Positions 16,743-25,533 of a DNA stretch of 28,145 bases are shown here, one piece after another; position 1 is the stretch's first letter, and every line of letters starts with the position of its first letter. This stretch comes from a virus (taxonomy: Duplodnaviria > Caudoviricetes). Below the pieces are notes generated by a model. The model was not told the origin of the DNA. It did not search any database and was given only the letters and a program-made list of their open reading frames with translations. The translations under genes were made by a program, and so were the position numbers. The stretch lies in IMG/VR virus record IMGVR_UViG_3300026196_000020, positions 1 to 28,145 of that record; one strand, 5' to 3'.

Positions 16743-17675
16743 TTAAATTTTATCGTCGTAAGCTGCTTCAAGAGCGGCCCTTAACGATTTTGGCTTTGCC
16801 TGTGACGCGACTGAGCCTCCCTGAGTGGACACACTTGCCGAAGCCTTTTTAGCTTTTGCCGCTGCTTGTTTCGCTGCTGCTTTCCGCTTGGCTTCTGCTT
16901 CCTTCTGCTGTTGAGATAAAAGGTTGCTGCGTGTTTCTGGGTTTAGCCATAATGCTTTGTCATAGGCATCTTGTAACGATGAGGCTCGGCCTTCTTGTAA
17001 AAGAACCGCCATATCCTCGCGCACAGCTTCAAAATCGCTATGCTCTTGTGCAAAAGCCTCAATCTCGCTGTTGAGCGACTGAGACTCTTGCTGCTTCTGC
17101 TGTTCTACAGACTGCTGCAACTGTTGAAGCTGCGTCTGCAAAGCTTGATATTGAGGGTCTACCTTCACAGGCTCCTCAATGCCTTCCAAGTCAACGCCAT
17201 ACTGCTGCGCGATGGACTGCAATGCCTGCTTCTTCTCAAATGGCTGTCCATACCTCAACTTGTGGTCTGCACCTAGAAGCCCCTGAATAGCTGCTTCCGG
17301 CGTAACGCCAATCGAGTTGATGGTTGCCATGTAAGGCTGAATAGCCGCTTGCATCTTGTCAGCGTAGCTAGCCTTTTCCTTGAAGCCCTCGATACCCTTA
17401 TGGAAGTCTGCTTCGCGCCTCTGAATCTCGCTGTAGACTTCATCGGGGATCTTGTTAAACGCATCAGTTAGCGTTTCATTCTTCTTCCACGATGAGGGAT
17501 ATTCGCGGCTAACAACTTCTTCCGGCTCTGCTGCCGCTTCCGGCTCTGCTGCCGCTTCCGGCTCTGCTGCCGCTTCCGGCTCTGCTGCCGCTTCCGGCTC
17601 TGCTGCCGCTTCCGGCTCTGCTGCCGCTTCATCATAAGCCTTTTCTAACGCCTGCCTTGTGCTATGGGTAGCCAT
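16743..17675 (-). CDS. capsid scaffolding protein
   Basis: Acidic helical protein with P.SWKK, READF and L.DAYDKA.W.NP motifs, directly before MCP. Confidence 0.75.
   Translation of the reverse strand: MATHSTRQALEKAYDEAAAEPEAAAEPEAAAEPEAAAEPEAAAEPEAAAEPEEVVSREYPSSWKKNETLTDAFNKIPDEVYSEIQRREADFHKGIEGFKEKASYADKMQAAIQPYMATINSIGVTPEAAIQGLLGADHKLRYGQPFEKKQALQSIAQQYGVDLEGIEEPVKVDPQYQALQTQLQQLQQSVEQQKQQESQSLNSEIEAFAQEHSDFEAVREDMAVLLQEGRASSLQDAYDKALWLNPETRSNLLSQQQKEAEAKRKAAAKQAAAKAKKASASVSTQGGSVASQAKPKSLRAALEAAYDDKI
17519..17630. repeat. 18-bp tandem repeat, six perfect copies (AAAEPE)
   Basis: CTTCCGGCTCTGCTGCCG x6 plus CTTC. Confidence 0.95.
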
Positions 17676-17684
17676 ATCGCACTC

Positions 17685-18017
17685 CTATTTTAGTTTTTCG
17701 TTTACCAACTCTGAGACTATCTTCTTCCTAGTTTTAGATGGGGCTTTGTACTCTCTGTTTTCTCCAGGCATCTTTTCATTGCCTACCTCAATTAGCCCAT
17801 TGTCCTTGAGGTGATTTCTGTGCTGAGATCGCGATGTGATCATCTGCCCTGTAGCCTGTGAAAAGTAAGGCTGGATATCAGACAAGACTCTAGGAGCGCA
17901 GAACTTGCGCGTAGTCCTCTCGCCGCAACAATCCGGCAAGTCATCGTAGTCCTCGAACTTTCTAAATATCTCCTGAACCTTACCGCACTTATGACACTCA
18001 ACGTCATATAATGGCAT
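17685..18017 (-). CDS. FmdB-like zinc-ribbon protein
   Basis: MPLYDVECHKCG...CCG; ITSRSQHRNHLK...EVGNE. Confidence 0.75.
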   Translation of the reverse strand: MPLYDVECHKCGKVQEIFRKFEDYDDLPDCCGERTTRKFCAPRVLSDIQPYFSQATGQMITSRSQHRNHLKDNGLIEVGNEKMPGENREYKAPSKTRKKIVSELVNEKLK

Positions 18018-18020
18018 TCA

Positions 18021-18278
18021 CTACTCCCAGAATACGGTGCAGTTGATGGTGTTAGCGACGGTCAGCGTCAACCCTGTGCAATTAGCAGGAATCGGGATAT
18101 ATGACCCTGCCGATGGTGTCAACGTGCCAGTGATAGCGTTGCCTGCCGTATCGGTGATGGTCACAGTGCCGGATGCCGTTGTTGCCGTAAGCAGTCCGAT
18201 GATGCCCTTTGCCTGCGTGATTGATGTGGTTGCGGTGAAGTTGGTGAAATTGCCGCGCTCTGAAACTGGATTGCTCAT
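18021..18278 (-). CDS. small putative virion protein
   Basis: Thr-rich beta protein in the head module; AGGAG RBS. Confidence 0.6.
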   Translation of the reverse strand: MSNPVSERGNFTNFTATTSITQAKGIIGLLTATTASGTVTITDTAGNAITGTLTPSAGSYIPIPANCTGLTLTVANTINCTVFWE

Positions 18279-18286
18279 GTTGTCTC

Positions 18287-18661
18287 CTATATTGCCATTA
18301 GCAGTACGAGTACCGCTTCATCTTCGTCTATTTGCTCCTGCAACATCTTCATGGCGTAGGCTTCAATCTCTAATTCAAGCGATTGTAAGGCGTTTTCAAT
18401 GCGTTGGAGTTCGTATGCATCAACCCTCGGCCTAATGCGCTTTCTAGCGGCATAGTCAGGCTCTATAGCTACCTTTTGTAGCCTTGTTTCCAAGACCTCA
18501 CGCTTAACAACTAGCTTCTTGTACTTCTTGCTAGCTGATAACTCGCGCTTTCTCAGGCTTTCCCATAGTTCCAGGTAGAAAGGGGAAACAACATCATCCC
18601 AAAAGTGACCTACGTCGTAACCGCCGCCTGCTTGCCCAAGGTTTTTAAGCCATAGCAGCAT
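18287..18661 (-). CDS. hypothetical protein
   Basis: Abuts the upstream stop; C-terminal DEDEAVLVLL motif typical of genes after podovirus portals. Confidence 0.6.
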   Translation of the reverse strand: MLLWLKNLGQAGGGYDVGHFWDDVVSPFYLELWESLRKRELSASKKYKKLVVKREVLETRLQKVAIEPDYAARKRIRPRVDAYELQRIENALQSLELEIEAYAMKMLQEQIDEDEAVLVLLMAI

Positions 18662-19585
18662 CTATATCACCTTCGCCAGAACGCCTTGAAAGCCGCCCGC
18701 TACAACTGTGCTTGCACCATCAGCGATAGCAGACAAGCGAATGTCAGCGTTCTTTGGAATCACTAGATAAGGCATAAATATATGCTCTCCGCGTGCGCCC
18801 GTGTTGGCAGAAATAGTAACCTTGTCCCTGAACACCTTGCCGACCTCACGCACCTCTAAATGAATGTCCACGAATGCCGCAGTCTTTTCCAAGCAGTCGG
18901 CATAAAATGATGTTAGAATAAGGTAGTCGGTGTTGGAAATGGTTGTAGATGCCTTTTCTGAATTGTTCAAGCCAGCTACTTGTATGAGGTGAACCTTCGC
19001 GGCGGTGTCTGGTACGCCTGCTGTGTCAGTATCTGTTTCATACACATAGATATTGCCAACAGAATCAACAGCGCCACCGTTATAGCTTCTGCTCCCCCTA
19101 GCTAAAGGCGGTGTAAGGGCGACCTGAGTTTGACCTTTAAGCGTCACATCCTGCGTAACGAAGGTGAATACGCCACCGCTTACAGTGTGGCCTTCAACCG
19201 TCAATACATAGGTGTCGGATGCGCTGGATGAACTCACTGTGTTGATTAGGTTGCTGGCGACATAAGTCTCATTCAGCACCCCAGCAGGAAGCGTCATAAT
19301 AGTTGCTTGGCTTGTGCCAACCAATGAATTGCGCCCGAACTTCAATAGGTCTTTGTTCTTGCTGTAAACGCTCACTGTGTCGCCATAGTCAGCTAGAATG
19401 TTGTTTATGGCATGCTGCATCCAGTAGTCATTGACCGGTAACGGGCTGGCAACACTAACGTCTGTCGCGCTACCATCGACCCCGTGCTGAATCTTTACCC
19501 TCTGATGCTTAACTCCGCCAATGTCATCAGTGGCAATAATATCGCCGCCGGATGAGTTTTTGTTAAGTTGAGTATTGTCAGGCAT
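18662..19585 (-). CDS. putative virion structural protein
   Basis: TAATG coupling to portal; DVS...PLPV, KFGRN and SSSSASDT motifs; beta-rich. Confidence 0.6.
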   Translation of the reverse strand: MPDNTQLNKNSSGGDIIATDDIGGVKHQRVKIQHGVDGSATDVSVASPLPVNDYWMQHAINNILADYGDTVSVYSKNKDLLKFGRNSLVGTSQATIMTLPAGVLNETYVASNLINTVSSSSASDTYVLTVEGHTVSGGVFTFVTQDVTLKGQTQVALTPPLARGSRSYNGGAVDSVGNIYVYETDTDTAGVPDTAAKVHLIQVAGLNNSEKASTTISNTDYLILTSFYADCLEKTAAFVDIHLEVREVGKVFRDKVTISANTGARGEHIFMPYLVIPKNADIRLSAIADGASTVVAGGFQGVLAKVI

Positions 19586-21783
19586 TAGCTAGACACAGCC
19601 CCGATAATACGCCCTGTCTCGTCGCGCTCAACAGAAATGGCTTTAGGCTGACGCATTTGCTCCATCATGGCGTTAATCATCATCATGGGGTCGGGCTTAT
19701 CTTCCATATCGTCGCCTTCTTCCATGTCGCCTTCCATATCATTCTGCTTGCTCATCTGTGCAATCAGTACCTTGGTGGCGTTCTCCAGTTCAGTTTTCCA
19801 GCGATCAAACTCTAGCCTTGCAGCCTCACGCTGAGCCTCATGCTGCATCTTAATCTGCTCCAACTGAGCCTTGTTAGCCTCGGCCTGCTGAGATACTTGA
19901 GCCTTGCCCATCTCAACCTGACCATCAGCCTGCACCTTCATCTGCTCAATCTGCGACTTGGCTTGAATGTCGGCACTAGCCTGTACTTGCTGCAACTGCT
20001 GTTGATGCTGTGCCTGCATTTGCTCCATCTGCTGCTGCATCTGCATCATCTGAGCCTGTCCGCCGTCGCCCTGCTGCTGTGCGTTCTTTGCCTGCTCCAT
20101 AGCTTCATCAAACGCACCCTCGATCGTTCGGCCAACCTTGAAACCCCTAACGCCGAACATCAGCATCTCGCCAAGCAACGGGATCATTGCCGGAGCCTGC
20201 GCCCCAACCTCTGCCGATTGCTTCAGGAATGAGCCGGCTGCCGTAAGGAACTCCATGCGCGACTGCTTCTCTTTCTCCTGATCCATCGCAACCAGCGTAT
20301 CAACGTCAATCTCGATGCGGAAGTTACGCATAGGCTCATCAGCGATAAGCTGTAACGCTGCCATGATAGCCTCAGGGCTTTCCGTCTGGTCAACGCCGGA
20401 CATGGATACCAAAGTCTCGGGCTGGTACTTGGTGCAAATAATCTCTGCCTTGATGCGTAGCAGGTCTTGAGCGAAACGCCCTACATCAGCCTGCATCTCT
20501 TTCAATCGTAGCGAGGCATAGTTGGTCTTAATCTGCTGTGCCGTTGCTGTCTCGTTTGCGTTGGTAGCACCACGAATAACGTCGCTGATACCTGTTATCT
20601 CGTAAATCGTCTGCTTGACCTGCTCACGCATTGCGGTCAACTGAGTGACTACAGTGATAACCTCGCCCAATGGCATGAAGTCAACAGCACCCTTAAGCCC
20701 ACCCTTCTCGCCAAACGCAGCCCATGAATCAACAGGGATAAGCTGATTCTCAATGCCTTCATCCAACATGCGCTTCAAGCCTGTCTGCGTGGAGTCGTAA
20801 ACACCTATAACCTTCAACGCTTTCATCAGGTTATTGATGCGTGATGTTAGCTCGTTAAGCTCACGGTCTTGGTCTTGATACAGGATGTAATCAGCAACCG
20901 GAGTCATGCAGTCAGTCGTGATGGTGGCATACAAAGGTTTAGGGCAAGGGAAAAAGCATTCCAACTCTAGCGGATCGTCACGCCTGTCCAGGAACTTAGG
21001 ATAGCCCTTGCTTACCCAATACACCTTTTTACTGGTCTTGCACCATATCTCCCATACTTCGGCGCGTTTGTTCTGCGTGGAAACCAGCTCTTTGTCCTCA
21101 ACGCCCTTCTGAGCGACAAGCAGCGGCACATCGGCAAACTCAGGACCAAACCTCTCGATGCCCTTGTCTCTCGACATATACACGCGCCGAGCAACCCACT
21201 CAACTTCTTCCCAAGTCCGAGCCGGAGAACAGAGAAAGTCTTTCCAGTAGACATAATCACAAGGGGATGATTCATTGGAAACAGTGGGGTAATTCTCATC
21301 CTCAACGTCCTCGCTGATCATCGCTTCGCCATCTGCCTGAGTCTCGTCCAACTCCATGCCGTCGGCTTCCATTACATCAGCGTGGAAGCGTACCCATGCC
21401 GTGCCGCGACCAGGCAACAGCCTGTCTAACACCGCAGACCTCATCGCTGTGTCATAGTCGCTGTTCTGCTCTACCTCAAACTCAAGACATCGCTCGATAA
21501 TTAAAGATGCTACCCTTGCAACAGGGTCGCGGTCTTTGAATCTACGGCTTACGTCAGGCTTCGGAAGATTCCCATATAGTGCGGACTTGAGCGTGTTGAC
21601 ATTGCTCCACAGGATATTAAAGCGCGTTTCATCGCGAGCACCATCCCTGTCATCACGATACCGCTTGACAATCTTGGTTCCCTTCTCACGGAAAGAGGCT
21701 TCCTCCTTCGTGGCACGCTCAATCTCTTTTGTCCAATGAGCAACGGTTAAATTCTTTGACTTGCTTTCGGTTGACTGGTCCAT
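19585..21783 (-). CDS. portal protein (P22-like, long Q-rich C-terminal barrel)
   Basis: 732 aa after TerL; FNILWSNV, EITGISDVIRG and ETATAQQIK motifs. Confidence 0.9.
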   Translation of the reverse strand: MDQSTESKSKNLTVAHWTKEIERATKEEASFREKGTKIVKRYRDDRDGARDETRFNILWSNVNTLKSALYGNLPKPDVSRRFKDRDPVARVASLIIERCLEFEVEQNSDYDTAMRSAVLDRLLPGRGTAWVRFHADVMEADGMELDETQADGEAMISEDVEDENYPTVSNESSPCDYVYWKDFLCSPARTWEEVEWVARRVYMSRDKGIERFGPEFADVPLLVAQKGVEDKELVSTQNKRAEVWEIWCKTSKKVYWVSKGYPKFLDRRDDPLELECFFPCPKPLYATITTDCMTPVADYILYQDQDRELNELTSRINNLMKALKVIGVYDSTQTGLKRMLDEGIENQLIPVDSWAAFGEKGGLKGAVDFMPLGEVITVVTQLTAMREQVKQTIYEITGISDVIRGATNANETATAQQIKTNYASLRLKEMQADVGRFAQDLLRIKAEIICTKYQPETLVSMSGVDQTESPEAIMAALQLIADEPMRNFRIEIDVDTLVAMDQEKEKQSRMEFLTAAGSFLKQSAEVGAQAPAMIPLLGEMLMFGVRGFKVGRTIEGAFDEAMEQAKNAQQQGDGGQAQMMQMQQQMEQMQAQHQQQLQQVQASADIQAKSQIEQMKVQADGQVEMGKAQVSQQAEANKAQLEQIKMQHEAQREAARLEFDRWKTELENATKVLIAQMSKQNDMEGDMEEGDDMEDKPDPMMMINAMMEQMRQPKAISVERDETGRIIGAVSS

Positions 21784-23081
21784 AATTCGTCTAGTGTTTG
21801 CTCCTCAAAGAATTTTGCCTTATCGGCTTCCGGCTCATCAGGTAGTTTCTCGGCTACAATCTGGCAGCCATAGCTGAATGCATCAGATGGGTGACTTGCC
21901 CAATTATGCTTCGGGTCGCGACTGAATACGCCAGAATCATCATTGTATTCATATTCCCATGCCCTAAGACCGTCTAATCCAGCCTCGCACTCATGCTCAT
22001 GGAATGCGCAGCGCTTGATAACGTCACGCGCTGCCTCAATCCGATCCTGCTTGCTTGTCTGAGGCACGATGCCAATCTTGTCGCCACCGAACCCCTTTAT
22101 AAATTTCTCTTGCGTGGTGTGCCTGCTTTGGAATGTCTTGGCCCTTGCGTCATGCGGTAGCCATATCCTGCCTAGCTTACAGTCCAGTGTGCCAAGAACG
22201 CTCTGAATGCGTGGTATCCAATCGTCAGCATCTAGCCCTGTGTCATGGTCGTACTTGAGGATATTGAAACCACCAAGCAAAGGCTGCCAGAACCACCAGC
22301 TAGCCGTATCCCTAAAGCCAATGTCGCTCGATACAAAGATTGGCGAGCCTTTAACGTCCGGCACAATCTCATCAGATATGCGACCATCCCTTGCAGCCTT
22401 GTTTACATGCTTGGCTAGGATAGCGCCCTGTGACTGACCGTACTCGCCACCCCATACATGGTCAGCCTTGTCCTCGTCATTGAGGTAATCAGCGAGCATA
22501 TCATCATAAAGCTCTGTATCACGAAACCAAGGGTTATCCTGCCAGCCTATCCGAACCGATATGGCATTATCCGGCGGACTATCGCGAAAGAACCTGTCTA
22601 CAGCGTCAGTCTTGTATCTAGGGTTCCAACTAAACCACATCTCAGAGCCTGGCTTGCGAATCGTAGGCCGTAGCAAATCAAGTGAGTGCTGCGAGAATGT
22701 CTGCGCCTCTTCCACCCATGCAAGGTCATAACCTTCAAGTGACTTGATGTTGTCCGCATTGTAAGTCTGCATACCTTTGAAGATGATAACTGAGCCATTG
22801 TGACCTCTTATCTCATCCTGCATGATGGTGAACATGCTCTCAACGCCAAGTGATCGTATCTTGTCCTCAATGAGTAGTTTTACTGAATCCTTGATCGAGT
22901 TCTGCACTTCGCGAATACAGACGATGCGCGTCTTTTCAGTTAGGCACCGTACAACACATTGCTCAGCATAGAAATGTGACTTAGCACCACCTCGCCCACC
23001 GTAAGCCCCTTTGTAGCGGCTAGCCTGCAATAGCGGCTTTAGCTTCCTAGGTACTTGTATCCGTAGGGTCGATGATTTCAT
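21747..23081 (-). CDS. terL: terminase large subunit (PBSX-type)
   Basis: YGGRGGAKS Walker A, AWVEEAQ Walker B, SWNP coupling motif, H.SDAFSY nuclease motif. Confidence 0.95.
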   Translation of the reverse strand: MKSSTLRIQVPRKLKPLLQASRYKGAYGGRGGAKSHFYAEQCVVRCLTEKTRIVCIREVQNSIKDSVKLLIEDKIRSLGVESMFTIMQDEIRGHNGSVIIFKGMQTYNADNIKSLEGYDLAWVEEAQTFSQHSLDLLRPTIRKPGSEMWFSWNPRYKTDAVDRFFRDSPPDNAISVRIGWQDNPWFRDTELYDDMLADYLNDEDKADHVWGGEYGQSQGAILAKHVNKAARDGRISDEIVPDVKGSPIFVSSDIGFRDTASWWFWQPLLGGFNILKYDHDTGLDADDWIPRIQSVLGTLDCKLGRIWLPHDARAKTFQSRHTTQEKFIKGFGGDKIGIVPQTSKQDRIEAARDVIKRCAFHEHECEAGLDGLRAWEYEYNDDSGVFSRDPKHNWASHPSDAFSYGCQIVAEKLPDEPEADKAKFFEEQTLDELWTSQPKASQRI

Positions 23082-23316
23082 GTACTACCTTGCTTATAAT
23101 TGGGCTGTCGGGATCGCCTGATATCTGCGTCGGCAGAATCTTGCCTACAAGCGTCAGGAATGCGTTAGGGTTTGCTTGGGATTGCTCCCATAGGTAATCA
23201 ACTCCACCAGCCCTATCAAGCGCCTTGAGTACCATCGCCTTAACATCAGCAGTCAGCTTGTTTGGCGTTCCCTTCTGCCTTCCGCCAACCTTTGGCTGTC
23301 CCTTTGGCCTAGCCAT
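23047..23316 (-). CDS. terS: terminase small subunit
   Basis: GGRQKGTPNK motif, FLTLVGKILP; overlaps the terL start. Confidence 0.8.
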   Translation of the reverse strand: MARPKGQPKVGGRQKGTPNKLTADVKAMVLKALDRAGGVDYLWEQSQANPNAFLTLVGKILPTQISGDPDSPIISKVVHEIIDPTDTST

Positions 23317-23332
23317 ACTAAATCAACCTACT

Positions 23333-23410
23333 TTAGTTTTGAGCCAAATATGAAAACAACACGCCGAAACCTATGCCGATAATGAACGCTGCCTGCATCT
23401 TGTCTTCCAT
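23333..23410 (-). CDS. 25-aa hydrophobic peptide (not in ORF track)
   Basis: MEDKMQAAFIIGIGFGVLFSYLAQN; TGATG coupling to the upstream gene. Confidence 0.4.
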   Translation of the reverse strand: MEDKMQAAFIIGIGFGVLFSYLAQN

Positions 23411-23643
23411 CACGAAATGTTAGGGTCTACTGGCCCTGGAGTAGCAAGCGCTACCAGAATCTCTGCTGCTTGGTTAGCTGCTGTCTCTGCTGCTGTAGTC
23501 CTGCACCAACATGATTTGCCTGCATATCCTGCCCCGCCAACTGTATAGTGCCGGTCATAAGTGCTGCCGCTTACTTCGCTCTTGGTAATTCGTGCGACAT
23601 TGATCGCGCCGAGTGCTGTTTGAATAGCTGGTGTAGTTGCCAT
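23410..23643 (-). CDS. hypothetical protein, first gene of the late operon
   Basis: AAGGAG RBS, 77 aa. Confidence 0.65.
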   Translation of the reverse strand: MATTPAIQTALGAINVARITKSEVSGSTYDRHYTVGGAGYAGKSCWCRTTAAETAANQAAEILVALATPGPVDPNIS

Positions 23644-23720
23644 ATCAACTCCTTGTAAAAAGTCCCGCCTCCGCAGTCCTGTATGCTAACTAGCAGAGTG
23701 TGTTTTTGGCTGGGGTCGGG

Positions 23721-23748
23721 AAACGAAAAAAGCCACCTTTCGGCAGCT
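23721..23748 (-). terminator. intrinsic terminator (tR'-like)
   Basis: AGCTGCC-GAAA-GGTGGCT followed by TTTTTCGTTT. Confidence 0.8.
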
Positions 23749-23781
23749 CCGGTAAAATGTAGAGTCAGTTGTTCAAGCGCA

Positions 23782-23810
23782 ATTCTAAAGATTTCCGGCG
23801 GATTTGTCAA
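23782..23810 (-). promoter_or_regulatory. sigma70 late promoter (pR'-like)
   Basis: TTGACA-17 bp-TAGAAT. Confidence 0.85.
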
Positions 23811-24328
23811 ACATTACGTTCGACATGCTGCAAAGCACTTTCCAACGCTTCCGCCAGTTCACCTTGTATTTTATCCCGCCACTCTCTCTCTGTTCGGTCT
23901 GCCTTACCCGACAGGGCGACCAATAGCGACGGCTTAACACGTCTTGATTGCCGCCACGAATGCGCCACAAGTTGAAAGTATGGGTATGGGTATCGCTGGC
24001 CTATCCGATCTCTCACCGCCTCAATAGCCCTGAGTCGCGCCTCATTGTCGAAACTGTAGGCTATCTCCAGCATCGGCCAATCAATGCCTGGTATATGCTG
24101 CGCATCGTGTAATACCCTGCTTGCCTCAACCTCATAATCGTCACCGTCGAAATCAGCCAGTGCATGATGCGGTTCGTTATGGATCATCGGCTCAACGTCT
24201 GGAGTGTGCAGCATGCGGAAACACGGAGGGTCAGGGTAGTGTGATCGTGATATGTGCTTGAATGCCCATGACAAGGCAGAGTCAGCGCACCCGAATATAT
24301 CAATCAGCCATGATAGACCTCTATTCAT
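23807..24328 (-). CDS. putative late-gene antiterminator (Q-like by position)
   Basis: GAGGAG RBS; ends at a promoter-terminator pair preceding the terminase genes; HTH-like C-terminus LVALSGKADRTEREWR. Confidence 0.5.
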   Translation of the reverse strand: MNRGLSWLIDIFGCADSALSWAFKHISRSHYPDPPCFRMLHTPDVEPMIHNEPHHALADFDGDDYEVEASRVLHDAQHIPGIDWPMLEIAYSFDNEARLRAIEAVRDRIGQRYPYPYFQLVAHSWRQSRRVKPSLLVALSGKADRTEREWRDKIQGELAEALESALQHVERNV

Positions 24329-24421
24329 CGTATATACTCCTCTACCTCTTCGCCGATAACCTCAAATATGCAATGCCTGTTTTTTATGCAAGTTGGGGGC
24401 TAACTTACATTGCACTTAGGG

Positions 24422-24437
24422 CGTATAATATATGTTA
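24422..24437 (+). other. third copy of the attI/dif-like entry site core
   Basis: CGTATAATATATGTTA, exact reverse complement of 3414-3429. Confidence 0.8.
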
Positions 24438-24926
24438 TCTGCCTAGTGCCTCTAGCGGCCTATCGGCTTTGATATACAGAGGGTGTCTTGGCTTGCCGTA
24501 TTTCGTAGTCCCGAGGCACATCAAGTCATGTGCTGCCAGCAAAGCCATTACCAGCTCATCACGTTGCATGTGTCCTCCGTGCGCTCCCCAAGCTCCCACT
24601 ATCACCCCTGCACCACGCGCCAAATCCATAAGCCACATATCATTGTCTAGCCCTATCGGTTCATCATGCGCCAGCATTGCTTTCGGGTCTGTTGCGCGTA
24701 GTGCGAACAGGTTTGCCATGTATACAGCGCCGTACCCCCAATCCGCCGCAAAACGCTTGCAGCGCCTTATTGTTGGGTCGTCCTCCCGTTCGTCTGCTGT
24801 GGACGGGTTCAGACCAATAAATAACGCATAGGGCGCGTTCTGCTCCCACCTGCGCCAGAGCGCATAGCGGTAGTTTCTGTCTGGAGAAAAAGCCGCCCCA
24901 ACATCGGCAGATAACAAATCGTTCAA
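24435..24926 (-). CDS. DUF1643 family protein (cassette gene)
   Basis: YRY.L.RRW, FIGLNPSTAD...DDPTIRRC, NLFALRATDP, AWG and PRHPLY motifs; AGGAGGT RBS before TTG. Confidence 0.9.
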   Translation of the reverse strand: MNDLLSADVGAAFSPDRNYRYALWRRWEQNAPYALFIGLNPSTADEREDDPTIRRCKRFAADWGYGAVYMANLFALRATDPKAMLAHDEPIGLDNDMWLMDLARGAGVIVGAWGAHGGHMQRDELVMALLAAHDLMCLGTTKYGKPRHPLYIKADRPLEALGR

Positions 24927-24969
24927 AATCGACCTCCTTTCAGTCGGCGCTTTAACTCAGCCGTTAGCT
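24909..24969 (+). other. attC site (61 bp)
   Basis: R'' AGATAAC, spacer AAATC, L'' GTTCAAAA with extra C, TCGAC/GTCGG stem, L' CTTTAAC, spacer TCAGCC, R' GTTAGCT. Confidence 0.85.
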
Positions 24970-25200
24970 GCCAACTTCTTCATGACTTTCAAGTGTTGAT
25001 TTAATCCCGTCATTATCTATTTGGTTAAACCGAATAAATGGAAATATATATTTTAAGAAATCCCCCTCAAACCAATAATATTTCCCGTTCAGTCTTACGC
25101 GTATATCTATCATGTGGCTTTGCGGGGCAATGTCTTTTAAGAGCTGGTTACTACCAAAGTTATCATCGCAGCTAACAATGCTATCAATCGGATTGCTCAT
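24964..25200 (-). CDS. hypothetical cassette protein (AT-rich)
   Basis: GAGGAGG RBS and ATG inside the attC; stop lies in the core GCAGCTAAC. Confidence 0.7.
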   Translation of the reverse strand: MSNPIDSIVSCDDNFGSNQLLKDIAPQSHMIDIRVRLNGKYYWFEGDFLKYIFPFIRFNQIDNDGIKSTLESHEEVGS

Positions 25201-25244
25201 TCGTCGTTCCTCCTCATTCTCAACCGCTTATAGCGGGGTTAGGT
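25170..25244 (+). other. attC site (75 bp)
   Basis: R'' AGCTAAC, AATGC, L'' TATCAATC with extra C, CGG-A-TTG/CAACCG with extra A, L' GCTTATA, GCGGG, R' GTTAGGT. Confidence 0.8.
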
Positions 25245-25257
25245 TGCGTTGTATTGT

Positions 25258-25533
25258 TCAAACCCACCCTCGATCTCGGATCTCGCGCTTTATCTTGCGC
25301 AGTGCTGACTCTCCACCTTTGATGGTGAATCGGACTTTCTCCGTAAACCAGCCCTTATCAACTTCCATCTCAAGCTCAAGACCTAGCACATAGCAGCGAT
25401 TCCGAAGGATGTTCGGAAACTTTGCCCAACGAGGTCCTTCTGCAACACTTCTCAAAGTACCAATTCGTTCTTCCATAACCTTACCCGCAGACGGTGCGCC
25501 AGCGGGGCTTTTTGCATCTTCAGTGTGTTCCAT
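25258..25533 (-). CDS. hypothetical cassette protein
   Basis: GGAG RBS and ATG inside the loop of the attC at 25473-25590. Confidence 0.65.
   Translation of the reverse strand: MEHTEDAKSPAGAPSAGKVMEERIGTLRSVAEGPRWAKFPNILRNRCYVLGLELEMEVDKGWFTEKVRFTIKGGESALRKIKREIRDRGWV

Noticed and set aside
3472-23316. Genome-wide TAG-to-Gln recoding
   Set aside because: TAG ends several tightly packed genes (3472, 14333, 17685, 18021, 18287, 18662, 23047), only one internal TAG was seen, and there is no CUA tRNA
24377-24392. LexA box near the attI-like site (CTGTTTTTTATGCAAG)
   Set aside because: The right half-site is CAAG rather than ACAG and no intI follows; too weak to call
3728-24831. Many plus-strand ORFs opposite the late genes, e.g. 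6998-7465, 19840-20232 and 24262-24831
   Set aside because: Antisense shadows of well-supported minus-strand genes, without recognisable motifs
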